From Octopus vulgaris (lineage: Eukaryota), in the NCBI GenBank assembly GCA_951406725.2, contig OX597814.1:95046001-95110000 (forward strand): 64,000 nt of DNA, written 5' to 3'. Positions 26,906 to 39,811 of this stretch are shown here, one piece after another (within the stretch, counting starts at the first letter, position 1; the number at the start of each line of letters is the position of its first letter). Below the pieces are notes generated by a model. The model was not told the origin of the DNA and ran no database searches. It saw only the letters and a list, made by a program, of their open reading frames with translations. Position numbers and translations under genes: made by a program.

Positions 26906-27028
26906 TTTATGGTGACGTAGTGTATTTGTAAATTGTGCGTCTGTCTTATCCACGAACTGAACATAGTTTTAAATGATAGGATGCAAACTTCTAACCTGTC
27001 TACTAGCCATTTATACAATAACGTGTGT

Positions 27029-27170
<142 letters not shown>

Positions 27171-27828
27171 GTGAAATTGTCGCTGTGTTTCAGAATGTTT
27201 GCCTAGAGCAAGAGCGTGCAACTTTAAAACCGTACAAATACACGCATCAACACTACAACCTCTTTATTTTTACAGCAATGTTTGAAAGAAATAATACGCA
27301 AGTGTTTTTGCAGAAGGAAAAATGTGAGACATTAGACATAAAAACAAAAATAGATGTGCAAAGTTTCAGAGATTCATAAAGATAAAGCAAAGGTAGAAAA
27401 TAAAACAAAGTTTCTACAACCAACATTTTTCTGGAGGACATTTCAAAATTATTCACTGAAGTAATTTTGTAAAATTAAACAAAAATACTGAAGAATATAT
27501 TATAAGAAAAAAAAATAGGAAAAACGTTAAAGTAAAAAAGAAATACAGCTACAATTTCTTATCAACGATACTGAATGGAAAAATGAAATATGGTTACTTA
27601 AGAAAGAGTTAGCTGCCAAGTTTAATCTCGAAATAAATATGAGTTTTATTGTATACGTTTTTCCTTAATATAGAGCCATTGCTTCAGTCCTGAAGGAATA
27701 TGTCCAAACTTGACATGAGTTAACTTGATCTTTCAACTTTGAGGTCACTTACTGACCTACCGTAGTTTGGAAAAGATCTGTCAGTCAACATACAGATATA
27801 GTGAAAAGATTGTTAAAACTCGATAAAG

Positions 27829-27829
<1 letters not shown>

Positions 27830-27920
<91 letters not shown>
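27830..27920. repeat. (CT)n microsatellite
   Basis: Direct reading. Confidence 0.95.
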
Positions 27921-27922
<2 letters not shown>

Positions 27923-28088
27923 TCTGTCCATTTTTAGCATACAACATGAATTTTCGCTTACAACATAGTAAACAGTCAATGCGCGAGATGATCTCCTTTT
28001 CTAATTCTAAACATCACCGTCTTGAGATCAAATCTCTCTTGAATCGGCTTCATCTTTATTGTCTTTAATGCCGATAAAATATAAATAT

Positions 28089-28252
28089 AGGAGTGGCTGT
28101 GTGGTAAGTAGCTTGCTTACGAACCACATGGTTCTGGGTTCAGTCCCAGTGCGTGGCACCTTGGGCAGGTGTCTTCTACTATAGCCTCGGGCCAACCAAA
28201 GCCTTGTAAGTGGATTTGGTAGACGGAAACTGAAAGAAGCCCGTCGTATATT

Positions 28253-28329
<77 letters not shown>

Positions 28330-28553
28330 ATGTGTGTATATGTTTGTGTGTCTGTGTTTGTTCCCCCAACATCGCTTGACAACCGATGCTGATGTGTTTA
28401 CGTCCCCGTAACTTAGCGGTTCAGCAAAAGAGACCGATAGAATAAGTACTAGGCTTACAAAGAATAAGTTCTGGGTCGATGTGCTCGAGTAAAGGCAGTG
28501 CTCTAGCATGGCCACAGTCAAATGACTGAAACAAGTAAAAGAGTAAAGGGAGT
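28089..28553 (+). mobile_element. SINE family A, full length
   Basis: Homology to 2150-2565. Confidence 0.9.
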
Positions 28554-28629
28554 ATAGTGATATATAGACTACGTATATGATTCTAGTACATACCTGGCCA
28601 AACCATATCAGTATTTCTTTAAACATAGA

Positions 28630-29025
28630 GCAGCAGGTGGAGCACTGGACTGCTTTGCAATATTTAGTTCCGTCTCCCTAACATTCTAAGTTCAAATTTT
28701 TGTGGGGTTCACATTATGTTTTAACCCCTTTCATCTGTCTTTACGTTCTAAGTTCAAATTCGGCCGTGGTCGACTTTGCCCTTCATTCTGTCGGTAAAAT
28801 AAATACTAGTCGAGCACTGGGGTCGATATAATTGACTTACACTCACCCCCAAAATTGCTGGCCTTGTGCCAAAACTTGAAATCGATATTTCTTCCGGTAC
28901 TACGTTCTGAGTTCAAATTCCGCTGAGGTTGAGTTTCTTATTCATTTTTTCACGCTCTGGAGTTGATGTAATTCACAAGTTTCTCTTGCCGAAAATGTCA
29001 GGCTTTGTGTCTATAGTAGAAAGAA
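28630..29025 (+). mobile_element. Cluster of about 3 decayed SINE B monomers
   Basis: Repeated acgttct.agttcaaatt cores and gccttgtgcc tails. Confidence 0.7.
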
Positions 29026-29199
29026 TAAGTAAATATACATACATATTTATATGTGTGTGCGCGCGTATTTACTAATTGTTTCGTGTGTGTATGTGTGTGT
29101 GTGTGTATAAAGCTGTTATTGCAACCTAATAAAGCTTCACTTACTAACGCGGCTCTGAATTTCGCCTTTCGATTCATCAGAATGTAGTAATACAGAACA

Positions 29200-29283
<84 letters not shown>

Positions 29284-29499
29284 CGCGCGCGCGCGTGTGC
29301 GTGTGCGTGTGAGAGAGAGAGTGTGTATGTGTGTGTGTGACCAATTTGTGTGACAAAAATGTTGACCCCAACTAATAAATATTTAAGTGAAGATAACAGT
29401 TTTTGTATTTTTTGAATGGCTTCGATGCTGTAATTGTTTTAGTTTAAACAAACGGTCTCATATCAAAGCACTTGCCAATCATTTCTAAAATAAATAAAC

Positions 29500-29609
29500 T
29501 TTAGTTGTTCGCAAAAAAAAGTTCGTATTCCATGTTTTCGCATTTCGCATTTCATGTTGTTTTCGTATTTCATGTTGTTTACGTTTGTGACACCCTGTAC
29601 CCATATATG

Positions 29610-29665
<56 letters not shown>

Positions 29666-30560
29666 GGTATGTAAATATAAATAAATGTATATATGCATAT
29701 ATGTATGTATTATTTATATTATTATTATATGATTGAACGCCAGGCATCCATTTTCAAGTAAGTTTATCTTAATAATTCCGATGCGGCTCTATCCCGTATT
29801 GTTCCCTCTCTCTCTTTCTCTCTCTCCCCTTTCGTTTTCTCTCTCTTCCTTCCTCTAATTTTTTATCTCCCCTTCTCCTCCTTTTGTTTTTTTTTTCTCT
29901 CTCTCATCCTGTCTCTAATTCTTTTTTCTCCCCTTCGCCCTTTTCTATCTATCTCTCTATCTTTCTCATTCTTCCTGCTTTACTCTCTCGTTGCTCACAC
30001 GTGACCATCCGCCATCTTTCTTTTCCTAACTTGAGCTTTTTCCTTTCCTTCCAGCCTGCCACACAGATCAGATGTATTTTTGTCTGTCTCCTTTCCTATC
30101 CTTCCTCTTGTCAAAGCTTGTTCCTCCAGCGTTCTCCACCTCACCTCGTTATGGCTTAGCAGCCCTCACTGATTTGTTTTTAGTGTCCTGTTTTTGTTAC
30201 CAACTTTGACCCTCCACAAATCCTAAATTTTATTTTGGTTTTGCGAGAGCAATTGTTTCATCGATGGCACATCTTTGTCGTAATTGCTCGCAATGTGGAG
30301 TAGATAAACAGTCGACAACTGACGAAGGGTCGTTCTTTATGTTACTTGTCCCGTTTTTTCATTTGTTTCTTTCGTTGTTTGCAAAAAAAGTTCGTATTCC
30401 ATGTTTCCGTATGTCATGTTGTTTACGTTTTATGACGTCCTGCACACATATATGCATATGTATATACATATATATGTAATTATGTACATATATGTAAGTA
30501 TGTACATATATGTATGTATATATGCATATATATATATATATATGCATATATACATACATA
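29500..30560 (+). mobile_element. Non-coding Penelope-type element with partial tandem pseudo-LTR (~870-bp unit)
   Basis: Direct repeat gcaaaaaaagttcgtattccatgttt..tcatgttgtttacgttt.tgac at ~29511 and ~30381; caa|gtaagt donor-like motif at ~29755; hammerhead-like motif at 30253-30330; homologous to 43065-43380 and 50025-50780. Confidence 0.65.
30253..30330 (+). ncRNA. Hammerhead-like ribozyme motif, non-canonical strand order (copy 1)
   Basis: cacaTC-t-ttgtcg ... gctc-GCAA-tgtg ... cgacaa-CTGACGA-A-gggt; helices I, II and III can all pair; GAAA is mutated to GCAA. Confidence 0.55.
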
Positions 30561-30700
30561 TATACATACATATATGTACATACTTACATATATATATATA
30601 TATATATATACATACATACATACATACATACATACATGCATACATATATATGTAGGTATGTACATATAATTATGCATATATAATATATATAATATATATA

Positions 30701-30779
<79 letters not shown>

Positions 30780-30929
30780 CACCCTATGAACTAAAAGTTA
30801 ATATAAACAGCTAGGCGCAATATAACATAAAGGAAAATTTTAATCATCCCTAATATGATTGAGAGTACCTAAGTACCTACATTGCTAGAAATAAGAGTTA
30901 AAAACTCTTAACACTGTAAAAGGAGCACA

Positions 30930-31005
<76 letters not shown>

Positions 31006-31092
31006 ATAGACTGACACTCATGTTTAATGTCGACTGTCGAAAATAAACAGTACTCAATACCATAATAGAGCTTAATAATATTTTTTATCTTC

Positions 31093-31212
31093 GTCGAGTC
31101 CGTCGCTTGCTACTCTGAGTTTTGCCTTTGGGTGCTCAGGATCTGTCATAAATTGCCTGAAGACCATGTGCACCCACAGGGGGAACTCAGAGTAGCAACA
31201 GATTGATTCGAC
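31093..31212. repeat. ~120-bp imperfect palindrome (MITE-like hairpin)
   Basis: ttgctactctgagtt (31107-31121) is the perfect inverse of aactcagagtagcaa (31184-31198); also tgggtgc/gcaccca and gtcgagtc/gattcgac. Confidence 0.8.
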
Positions 31213-31759
31213 CAAAGTAATGTGTGAGTGTATGTGTGTGTAATAGTATTCTAACAAGTTATTTGATATCGGCTGTTAGAGTCTTTGTATGAGTAGAAAC
31301 AGCAACGGGAATGAGAGACAGAAATTGTCAGGAAGAGAAATTGAGGAAACAAGAGGAAAATGCAAAGAAAACGGAATGAAAGAGAGAAAAGCGAAAAGAG
31401 GAACATTATAAATACTTCAACAGAGGCTATTTTTCCTAGTTGAGGTTAAATATATGTTTATTAAACATGTTTATAGGATTTCTGTATACATATTTATTCA
31501 TAACCACACTGTCAGTAATGTAATTATGAAGTCTTAACCGTCACATTTGTACAGTTATGTAAATTTTGTTGCTATTCAGAATTTATCTCAAGGCGAAGTA
31601 AGCTTTCAGATAAATTCTTTAGGTATGTTTATTAAATTCATCCGAAGAGGTAAGCTTGCAGATAAATCCCCTATATACGTTTAGTGAAACATATTGCATA
31701 GGATTCCCATACAAAAACTGTCATATGTATATATATATATATATACTCCTTTATTTTTT

Positions 31760-31978
31760 TATTCTTTTACTTGTTTCAGTCATTTGGCAGCGGCCATGCT
31801 GGAGCACCGACTTGAAGGGGTTTTTTTAGACGAACAAATCTAACCCAGGACTTATTTTTTAAGCCTAGTAGTTATTCTATCGGTCCCTTTGACGAACCGC
31901 TAAGTTACTTTGACGTGAACACACCAACACCGGTTGTTAAGCGGTTATAGGGGGGCGAAACACACACACACATACACA

Positions 31979-32036
<58 letters not shown>

Positions 32037-32090
32037 CGACGAACCTCTTTCAGTTTCCGTCTAACAAATCTACTCACAAGGCTTTGGCCG
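31760..32090 (-). mobile_element. SINE family A, 5'-truncated
   Basis: Reverse-complement homology to family A. Confidence 0.85.
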
Positions 32091-32144
32091 GCGGCCGTGT
32101 GTGGATGTGTGTTTGTATGTTTGTGTGTGTGTTTGTATGTTGTG

Positions 32145-32179
<35 letters not shown>

Positions 32180-32239
32180 GTGCTTGGGTGTGTATTTCAG
32201 TTGTGTATGTGTGTGTGTGTGTGCGTGTCACACAAATAT

Positions 32240-32590
32240 GCAACTGAAGAGTTTAAAGTACCAGTAATGATAAGGCTGTTGACTGGGAGAACCACAAACA
32301 AGGTTTAAACAGTAAGCTTGGCAGGAAAGAAACGTGCCTTTAAGCAGTACAAAAACACCAAAAATGGAAGGTACAGTTATGTACAGATTGACGGAAGAAA
32401 AGCATGACAAAAACGGCTTTATCGATCGCATTCTCACCTGGAATCGATTTTTGTAATTTTTTCAAGGCTTATACACATCCTGATACCGTCGGTATCTACA
32501 TATCAAATTTCAGCGCAATCGGATGGAGGATGCCCGAGATCCGAGAAGACACACACACACAGACAGACAGAACGGATTTTATATAATAGA
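32240..32590 (-). mobile_element. Helitron-like 5' portion
   Basis: aaatttcagcgcaatcgg...(caga)n..ggattttatataataga, same architecture as the 5' ends at 19820 and 62053; 3' CTAG end not found. Confidence 0.55.
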
Positions 32591-32706
32591 TGTTTACGTG
32601 TGTATGTATATATGTGCGTATATATGTGTGTGTGTATGTTTATGTATGCATATATGTGTGTGTAAGTATATTTATATATATATATATCAAATATATATAT
32701 ATATAT

Positions 32707-32764
<58 letters not shown>

Positions 32765-33131
32765 ATGATATGAGAATTCTGTCATGTCGTATGTGTATGT
32801 GTGTGCGCGCGCACGTGTCTGTATGTGTGCATGTATGTGAGTGTTTTAATTTTGTAAATATATTTTTCTTTCGAGATCGTTGAAAGCAAGTCACGGAAAG
32901 CTTACCTCTTGCTCTGCTGCGCTCAGCATGATAATTTCCAATATTTCCTGTATATATACTTTACAACATTTTGTCTCTTCCACTACATTAACTTCACTAA
33001 ACTCATTATTATCTTTAATTAACTGATGACCGTTATACTCGCTTACTTTACTGGTTTGTTGTTGTTGTTGTTGTTGATGATGATGATGTTGTTGTTGTTG
33101 TTGTTGATGATGTTGTTGTTGTTGTTCTTGC

Positions 33132-33164
<33 letters not shown>

Positions 33165-33323
33165 CCTCCCTACCTATCACCACCTGCATCCTTCTCTCAG
33201 TACTTTTCCACAAAATAATACTTGATAGTAATTAGTGTGATGTAACAAACCGCTGACTATTAATTAGCAAGCCTTATCATTTCTTGAGCTTTATCTTTTT
33301 TGTCATTTTCTTCTTTCTCTTTC

Positions 33324-33383
<60 letters not shown>

Positions 33384-33405
33384 AGGTGATGGTGGGAGAG
33401 CCGGT

Positions 33406-33490
33406 GATCCGTGGATGTAATGGTTAATTCGTCTGCACTGTTAACCTGAGTTGAGTCGCGTGAGTGGTTCAATTCATGCGTTAGAGATCA
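33406..33490 (+). pseudogene. Degenerate tRNA(Asn)-like sequence or SINE head
   Basis: A box gtggatgtaatggtta, anticodon loop ctGTTaa, B box ggttcaattc, T5 terminator at ~33497; stems poor and variable region oversized. Confidence 0.35.
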
Positions 33491-33574
33491 TCCCCGTTTT
33501 TACTGAAATAAACCGCAGAGAAAGAAAAAAAAGCATAATTCGGTAGACCGGTGTACAAAACGCTTTGCCTTATA

Positions 33575-34282
33575 TAATTACATCCTTCTACGTTCCGAGT
33601 TCAATTTCCACTGAGGTCAATTTAGCTTTTTTTTCCTTCTAGAGTCGATGAAATAAAGTACTAATCAAGTACTAGAGTCAATTTAATTGACTAACCCCAC
33701 CACCAAAGTTCTAGCTTTGTGTCAATGTTAGAAATTGGGGTGGTGGCTTGGCAAAATTGTTTGAGTATCGAGCAAAATGCCTTGCTGTATAAATTCCAGC
33801 CCTTTGAGTTCTTAGTTAAAATCTCATCGAAGTCGCCCCTTTGGCAGTTGATAGAATAAAGTACCAGTCAAGTACTTGGGTCGATAACATCGTCTTGCCC
33901 TTTCTCCTCAAACATGTTGGGCTTGTGTTTAAATTGGAAACAATTATAAGAGTGGTGGAGTATCAGCATCGTTAGAATGTCGGACAAGTCCGGGTTCAAG
34001 TAACGCCGAGGTCAACTTTGCTTTTCATCCCTCTGGGATCAATGAAATAAAATACCAGTCAACTGCTGAGGTCGATGGTCTTGTCTAACACCTTTGCCTC
34101 AAAACTTCTGGCCTTGTGCTTAAATCAGAAGCGATTTATCATTGTCATGGCGCTTTACGTTGTGTTCAAATCCCGCTGAGGCTAACTTCCCCTTTCATCC
34201 CTTCGAGATCAATAAAATAAAGTACGGGTCAAGTAGTTGAGGCACTTGGATCGACTAACCTCTTTCGACTAAAACTATTTCC

Positions 34283-34356
<74 letters not shown>

Positions 34357-34520
34357 ACAGCAGCAGCAGCAGCATTGTGGCAAAATGGTAGAATCTACGG
34401 TGTTTAATTACGTCCCTTTACGTTCTAAGTTCAAATCTCACCGAGGACAGCTTTGACTTTGTTTCAGGGATCGATAAAATAAAGTATCTATCAAATACTG
34501 GTTTCCTTATGGTTGACTCT
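33575..34520 (+). mobile_element. Head-to-tail array of about 5 decayed SINE B monomers
   Basis: Core motifs gttcaa.t.c..c.gaggtc and aataaagtac recur at ~33600, 33820, 34000, 34170 and 34430. Confidence 0.75.
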
Positions 34521-36434
34521 ACTGCGCTCAGAATGATAATTTTCAATATTTTCTGTATATATATTTTATAACTTTATTTGGTTGAGGTCGGGTTTCTATC
34601 TAGATGTTTCCTCACGGGTTGAAACGGAGAATTTCTGCCGCTATGTATGGAGAAGAGGAGAGGACGCTAATAATGATGTCCAATTTGAAGACCTGCCTTT
34701 CATGGAATTTCATTCATTTTGTTTTCTGCGATTTCGTTTTTCCTTTTCGTTTTTCCTGAACGCTTCATAATAACTGAGGTCTCGATTCGTAATGCTGCTT
34801 CTATTTTGCTCAATATTTCTGGGTAAAGTAATAGTTGACACTTTAATCTGACGCATGACCAACGTGGCATTTGGTCGTGTATTTTTTATCAGAGTCCCGA
34901 ATTGACCTAAGCTTTGTGAAGGCAAGTGTGTCAATGGAAACAGATTGGAAACCTGTCGAGCGGATTGTACCTGAAATTTCAAGATCCTACCATGACATGC
35001 TGCTTCCATCTGAGAGTTAATATTAAGGGCACACAGTTCTGTGGAATATTCGCCCATTTACACGTTAAGTCATAAAGCAGATACTTCAGGTGGTCGAACA
35101 AACACTGCCAAAACTGATGAATCCATTAATATATACAACCACGTCTGTTTATGAGTTTTGATTTTGTTCCCTGAAAGTTGTGCTCGGTGAAACTCCAAAG
35201 ATTATTAGTAATTTTATGTTGTCAACAAACTGAAGACGACAAAAAAAGCAGAGTAACAGACAGAATGAGTCCTTTCTCATAACAGTCTGAGTTTGTTTTG
35301 CATTTCATCTCTCCTCCTTGAATAAACAGAAATACTAGCCAAACACTTGACTACATTCATCTTAGTTTATATGTTCCCTTGTACCAGTATAGGAAATTTT
35401 TACTGATGCCGGTCTCTCATTGCATGTCAATAATAAAGCTCTAGTAGTTTGGATTTTTTTATAACACAAGTTACACGTAAAAGGGTAAAGGGAAAAGGAC
35501 AGAATTTGAAAACAAATATACTAATGGAAATTTAGAGTAGACAAAAGCAGAAAAGATAGCGTTAATAATCTTTCCAGTGATAAAAGTGAAGAAATGAATA
35601 CGGAGTAAATTTTTTTTAATATTACTAGTTTGTTTTGGTTGTTCAACTGTTTACAGTACGAACAGAGTACTAAAGGATATTCTCAAATTGGCTAGTTTTA
35701 GTTCATAAATATAGAATTATGGTATTCTGATGCTACGTAAAGAACCAAGGAAACATCTGAAAAATCTCAATTGATTCAAAACAATAGATTAAAAAGGAAG
35801 CGGGAATGGGTATTAAGAGCAGCGGTAGTGTAACGGAAGCGAAATAGGTTCAACAAGGATTTGAAAGGGGATCAACTTGGTTCTCTGGGAATGTTGTTTG
35901 GATGGAGAGGGGGTTATTAATGCTCTTCATTATACTTGAATTACAACTATAAAACAAACAAAAAATTTAGATATGTGTAATTCTATGCAGTTTGTTTTTT
36001 GTTGTTGTTTTTTCTTATTCCTTAATTTCGAATTCAAACTTCTAATCCCTCCATTTATGAAAAAATGATTATCTCCCTTCTGTTAACTGTCCACTATGGG
36101 AAACTAACTGTAAAATGGTTTCTAATTTGTAGCACTGCATTTTTTCGATGTAATGTCTGCAATTTCCCAGCAATGCAAATTCAAGGTCTCTATATCTTAA
36201 TAGCAGCATAAACGCGGTGAGTCATAAAATAATGCAAATAAAAATTGAATTACTTTCTGATCACTCACGTGTAAAGTGAAATCATTCTTTTCTCGGAAGA
36301 ATTTAAACTGTTAAAATGAAATTGAAGTAGAAAGCCTACAACCAGGAATCTAAACAGAATCATTGATTTAGCTAGGATTACCTTCAGCTTGTCTTCATAC
36401 CCTGTAACATTCACCTACAGAAAAAGCTGTCGCT

Positions 36435-36579
36435 CTGCAACCGCATGGTTTTGAGTTCAGTCCCACTACGCAGCACCTTGGGCAAGTACCCTCTGCTGTA
36501 GCCCTAGGCCAACCAATGCCTTGTGAATGAATTTGGTGGAAGAAAATTGTGTAAAAGCCCGTCGCATATGTATGTGTGT

Positions 36580-36672
<93 letters not shown>

Positions 36673-36897
36673 CACACAGATATGTACATTTGTGTCTGTG
36701 TTTATGCTTGTCTCCCAACCGTTTGACAACCGATGCTGGTTTGTTTATGTGCCTGTAATCCAGTGGTTCAAGAAAAGAAAGGGGTAGAGTAAGTACCAGA
36801 ATCGAAAAATAGCTATTATGATCGATTTGTTCGTTTAAACCCTTAAAGGAGGTATCCCGGTACGACTGCAGTCCAATGACAGAAACAAGTAAAAGAT
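36435..36897 (+). mobile_element. SINE family A (older) with internal (GATA)n
   Basis: Diverged homology to family A. Confidence 0.8.
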
Positions 36898-37695
36898 TAC
36901 ATTACTAAAGTAAAAATAACTGAAACATCTTCTTTTTCGTGAAGGGCCTCTTGAGAGCTGATGCTTTGTTTCGGTTACGTTACGCGAATTTGATGGAAGC
37001 TTAATAATCCCTTTCGGGACAGAATACACATCTAGTTAAGAATCCACTACCTATTAGTGACAGCGAGATGAAGCAAAGAGCTAGCTATGAGTAACTCAGA
37101 GACACAACGAAATTCCTGCTACATATTTAAACTCTATGACCCATGAGCAAGTAGTAATAAAAGTTTATACACTCCGCCATTTTCCCTCTACAGCTTTTAA
37201 TCATAACTACAAAGTAAGTTCATATTTGTCGCACTGCCCTCTTCAAAGCAATTTCCGAGCAGTATTGAACATAAAATATGATATTTTAAGGTTTTCATCG
37301 TTACAAGTGGATAATTTCAAATCTAATATTTGGCTTCGTGCCCCAATAGCTTGGCAACATATACTTCTGATTTTGTCGTCTCAGAGAAAATCGCCACTCG
37401 TACAATCACTAATGATCTGAAGAAGACTTATCAGCATTTCTTCTTTTTCCTCTTTCCTCATTCTTCTCTTCGTCTTCAAAGTCCTTCTTCATCATCCTTC
37501 TTCTCCATACTTTTATTCACATGTCCCGGATTCTCTGCTCTTCTTTTTCTTCTTTCGTATTTTATTTTATGCTTTCTCTTTCTTTTTTTTTTTCTTTTTG
37601 TAATTTTCATTCTTCTTCCATCTTCTTCATCGTCACCATTTCGTTCTTATATTTTCTTCTATATTCTACTTCACTGGTCACTTTCTACTGTTTGC

Positions 37696-37757
<62 letters not shown>

Positions 37758-37777
37758 AGGTGGTGGTGGTGGTGGTG

Positions 37778-37845
<68 letters not shown>

Positions 37846-37866
37846 GGTGGTGGTGGTAGTAGTAGT
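37696..37866. repeat. Compound (AGT)n/(GGT)n microsatellite
   Basis: Direct reading. Confidence 0.95.
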
Positions 37867-38232
37867 ACGTTTTGAACCACAGTGCACCGTGGGAAAAAAA
37901 TCATTTTTAAACGAATTTACCTCACAGTATGATAAAGTATTGTTTGTTCCAATGTTACTAAGAGAAATTATTCTTCTACTTCATTATCTGGGGTAGAAGA
38001 ATAATTTATCTTTACACGTTTTAAAACTTTTAAATATTTTCGACAAATGCCCATTAGCAATATTTACATGAGTTGCGAAATGGCTGCTCGCCACAGTGGA
38101 GATGGTAGTAACGTAACTAACTCGCTACATTTTCATACGTAAAACAAAAATTCGGACATATACACGAAGCTCAAAGTTTAACCACTTTCATTTGTACAAT
38201 AAAAGTGCAAGAAAAGATAATTTCAGTAATAC

Positions 38233-38692
38233 TGATTTCAAATTTTAGAACAAGGCCAGCAATTTCGGGGGTGGTAAGTCGATTACATCGACATCTGTAC
38301 TCAACTGGTACTTATTTTATCGATCCCGAAAGGATGGAAGGTAAAGTCAACTTCGGCGTAATTTGAAGTTAGAACGTAAAAACGGACGAAATGCCGCAAA
38401 GCATTTTGGACGGAGTGCTAACGATTCTTATTTCTTTATTGCCCACAAGGGGCTAAACATAAAGGGGACAAACAAGGACAGGCAAAGAGATTAAGTCGAT
38501 TACATCGACCCCAGTGCGTAACTGGTACTTAATTTATCGACCCCGAAAGGATGAAAGGCAAAGTGGACCTCGGCGGAATTTGAACTCAGAACGTAGCGGC
38601 AAACGAAATACCTACTTCTTTACTACCCACAAGGAGCTAAACAAAGAAGGGACAAACAAGGACAGACAAACGAATTAAGTCGATTATATCGA
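38233..38692 (-). mobile_element. SINE family B multimer with two LINE-like tails
   Basis: Three consecutive B units; tails ttctttattgcccacaaggggctaaac at 38432 and ttctttactacccacaaggagctaaac at ~38617. Confidence 0.85.
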
Positions 38693-38804
38693 AATAAGAT
38701 CATCCCGGGTATGCTACACTGAGGGCGCAAAGACTGCTGCGGCACGGTTTAAAAAAAAAATTGCTATATGTGTTGGTAGTAAAGACCACCAACAGGCCTT
38801 CTAC

Positions 38805-38835
<31 letters not shown>

Positions 38836-39022
38836 AAGAAGAAGAAGAAGAAGAAGAAGAAGAAGAAGAAGAAGAAGAAGAAGAAGAAGAAGAAGAAGAA
38901 GGAGAAGAAGGAGGAGGAGGAAGAAGAAGAAGAAGAAGAAGAAGAAGAAGAAGAAGAAGAAGAAGAAGAAGAAGAAGAAGAAGAAGAAGAAGAAGAAGAA
39001 GAAGAAGAAGAAGAAGAAGAAG
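38805..39022. repeat. (GAA)n microsatellite
   Basis: Direct reading. Confidence 0.95.
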
Positions 39023-39747
39023 ACGGCAGACAGCAGGAGAAGCATTACCACCAATAGCAGGGCCAGAGATGAAAAACGTAGCTGCTAATTAAATTGTTTA
39101 CAAAGTTCCACCGATTCAGCTCCCGATGTAACCATAGCGAAATCAAGGGAAATCGCCTGTTCCTAAGCGTCACCAGAACCAAGGGTTTACGACAGTATAA
39201 GATACAAAAAAGTCATGAAGTCTCTTCTTCTGGTGTAGGAAAAAAACGTGAGAAAGATAGAAATCTAAAGTAGAATACTTGTATGAAAGGAGAGAAAGAA
39301 GAAAGAAAATGGTTTTTAAAAAAGAGGTTGCGTTTCCCTCATGAAGAAGATCCCATCATTATAGAGTACCTGACTTTTATGGTGGTATGAAAGGCGAATC
39401 GCAAAGTACTTAGTCTAACACTGGCTGTAAAACAGAACCTATAGAATGTTGTACTGATTCGGAAGATGGGGGCGAGTACATGATTCATGATTGATAATAA
39501 CATCTGCTGAGGAATTGTTCCAAAGGATATAGACCGCAACAGCTCAATTACGCTCAAAAGTACTAAGGAATATTTGAGCGAACCAAGTTTGCGGAAGGCG
39601 GCAAGTGTCGTCGACTGTCCAGGCCCTACCTATGTGGTGGCATCTCATACCTGTATGAGGGAAGTATCCTCATTTTTAACCATTATATGTACCAACTTTT
39701 CGCATATGTTAATATAACGCATAATCTTGCTTGCTCAAGCCGTCGTT

Positions 39748-39782
<35 letters not shown>

Positions 39783-39811
39783 AGTGCATATATGTTAGTA
39801 TATGTGTATGT

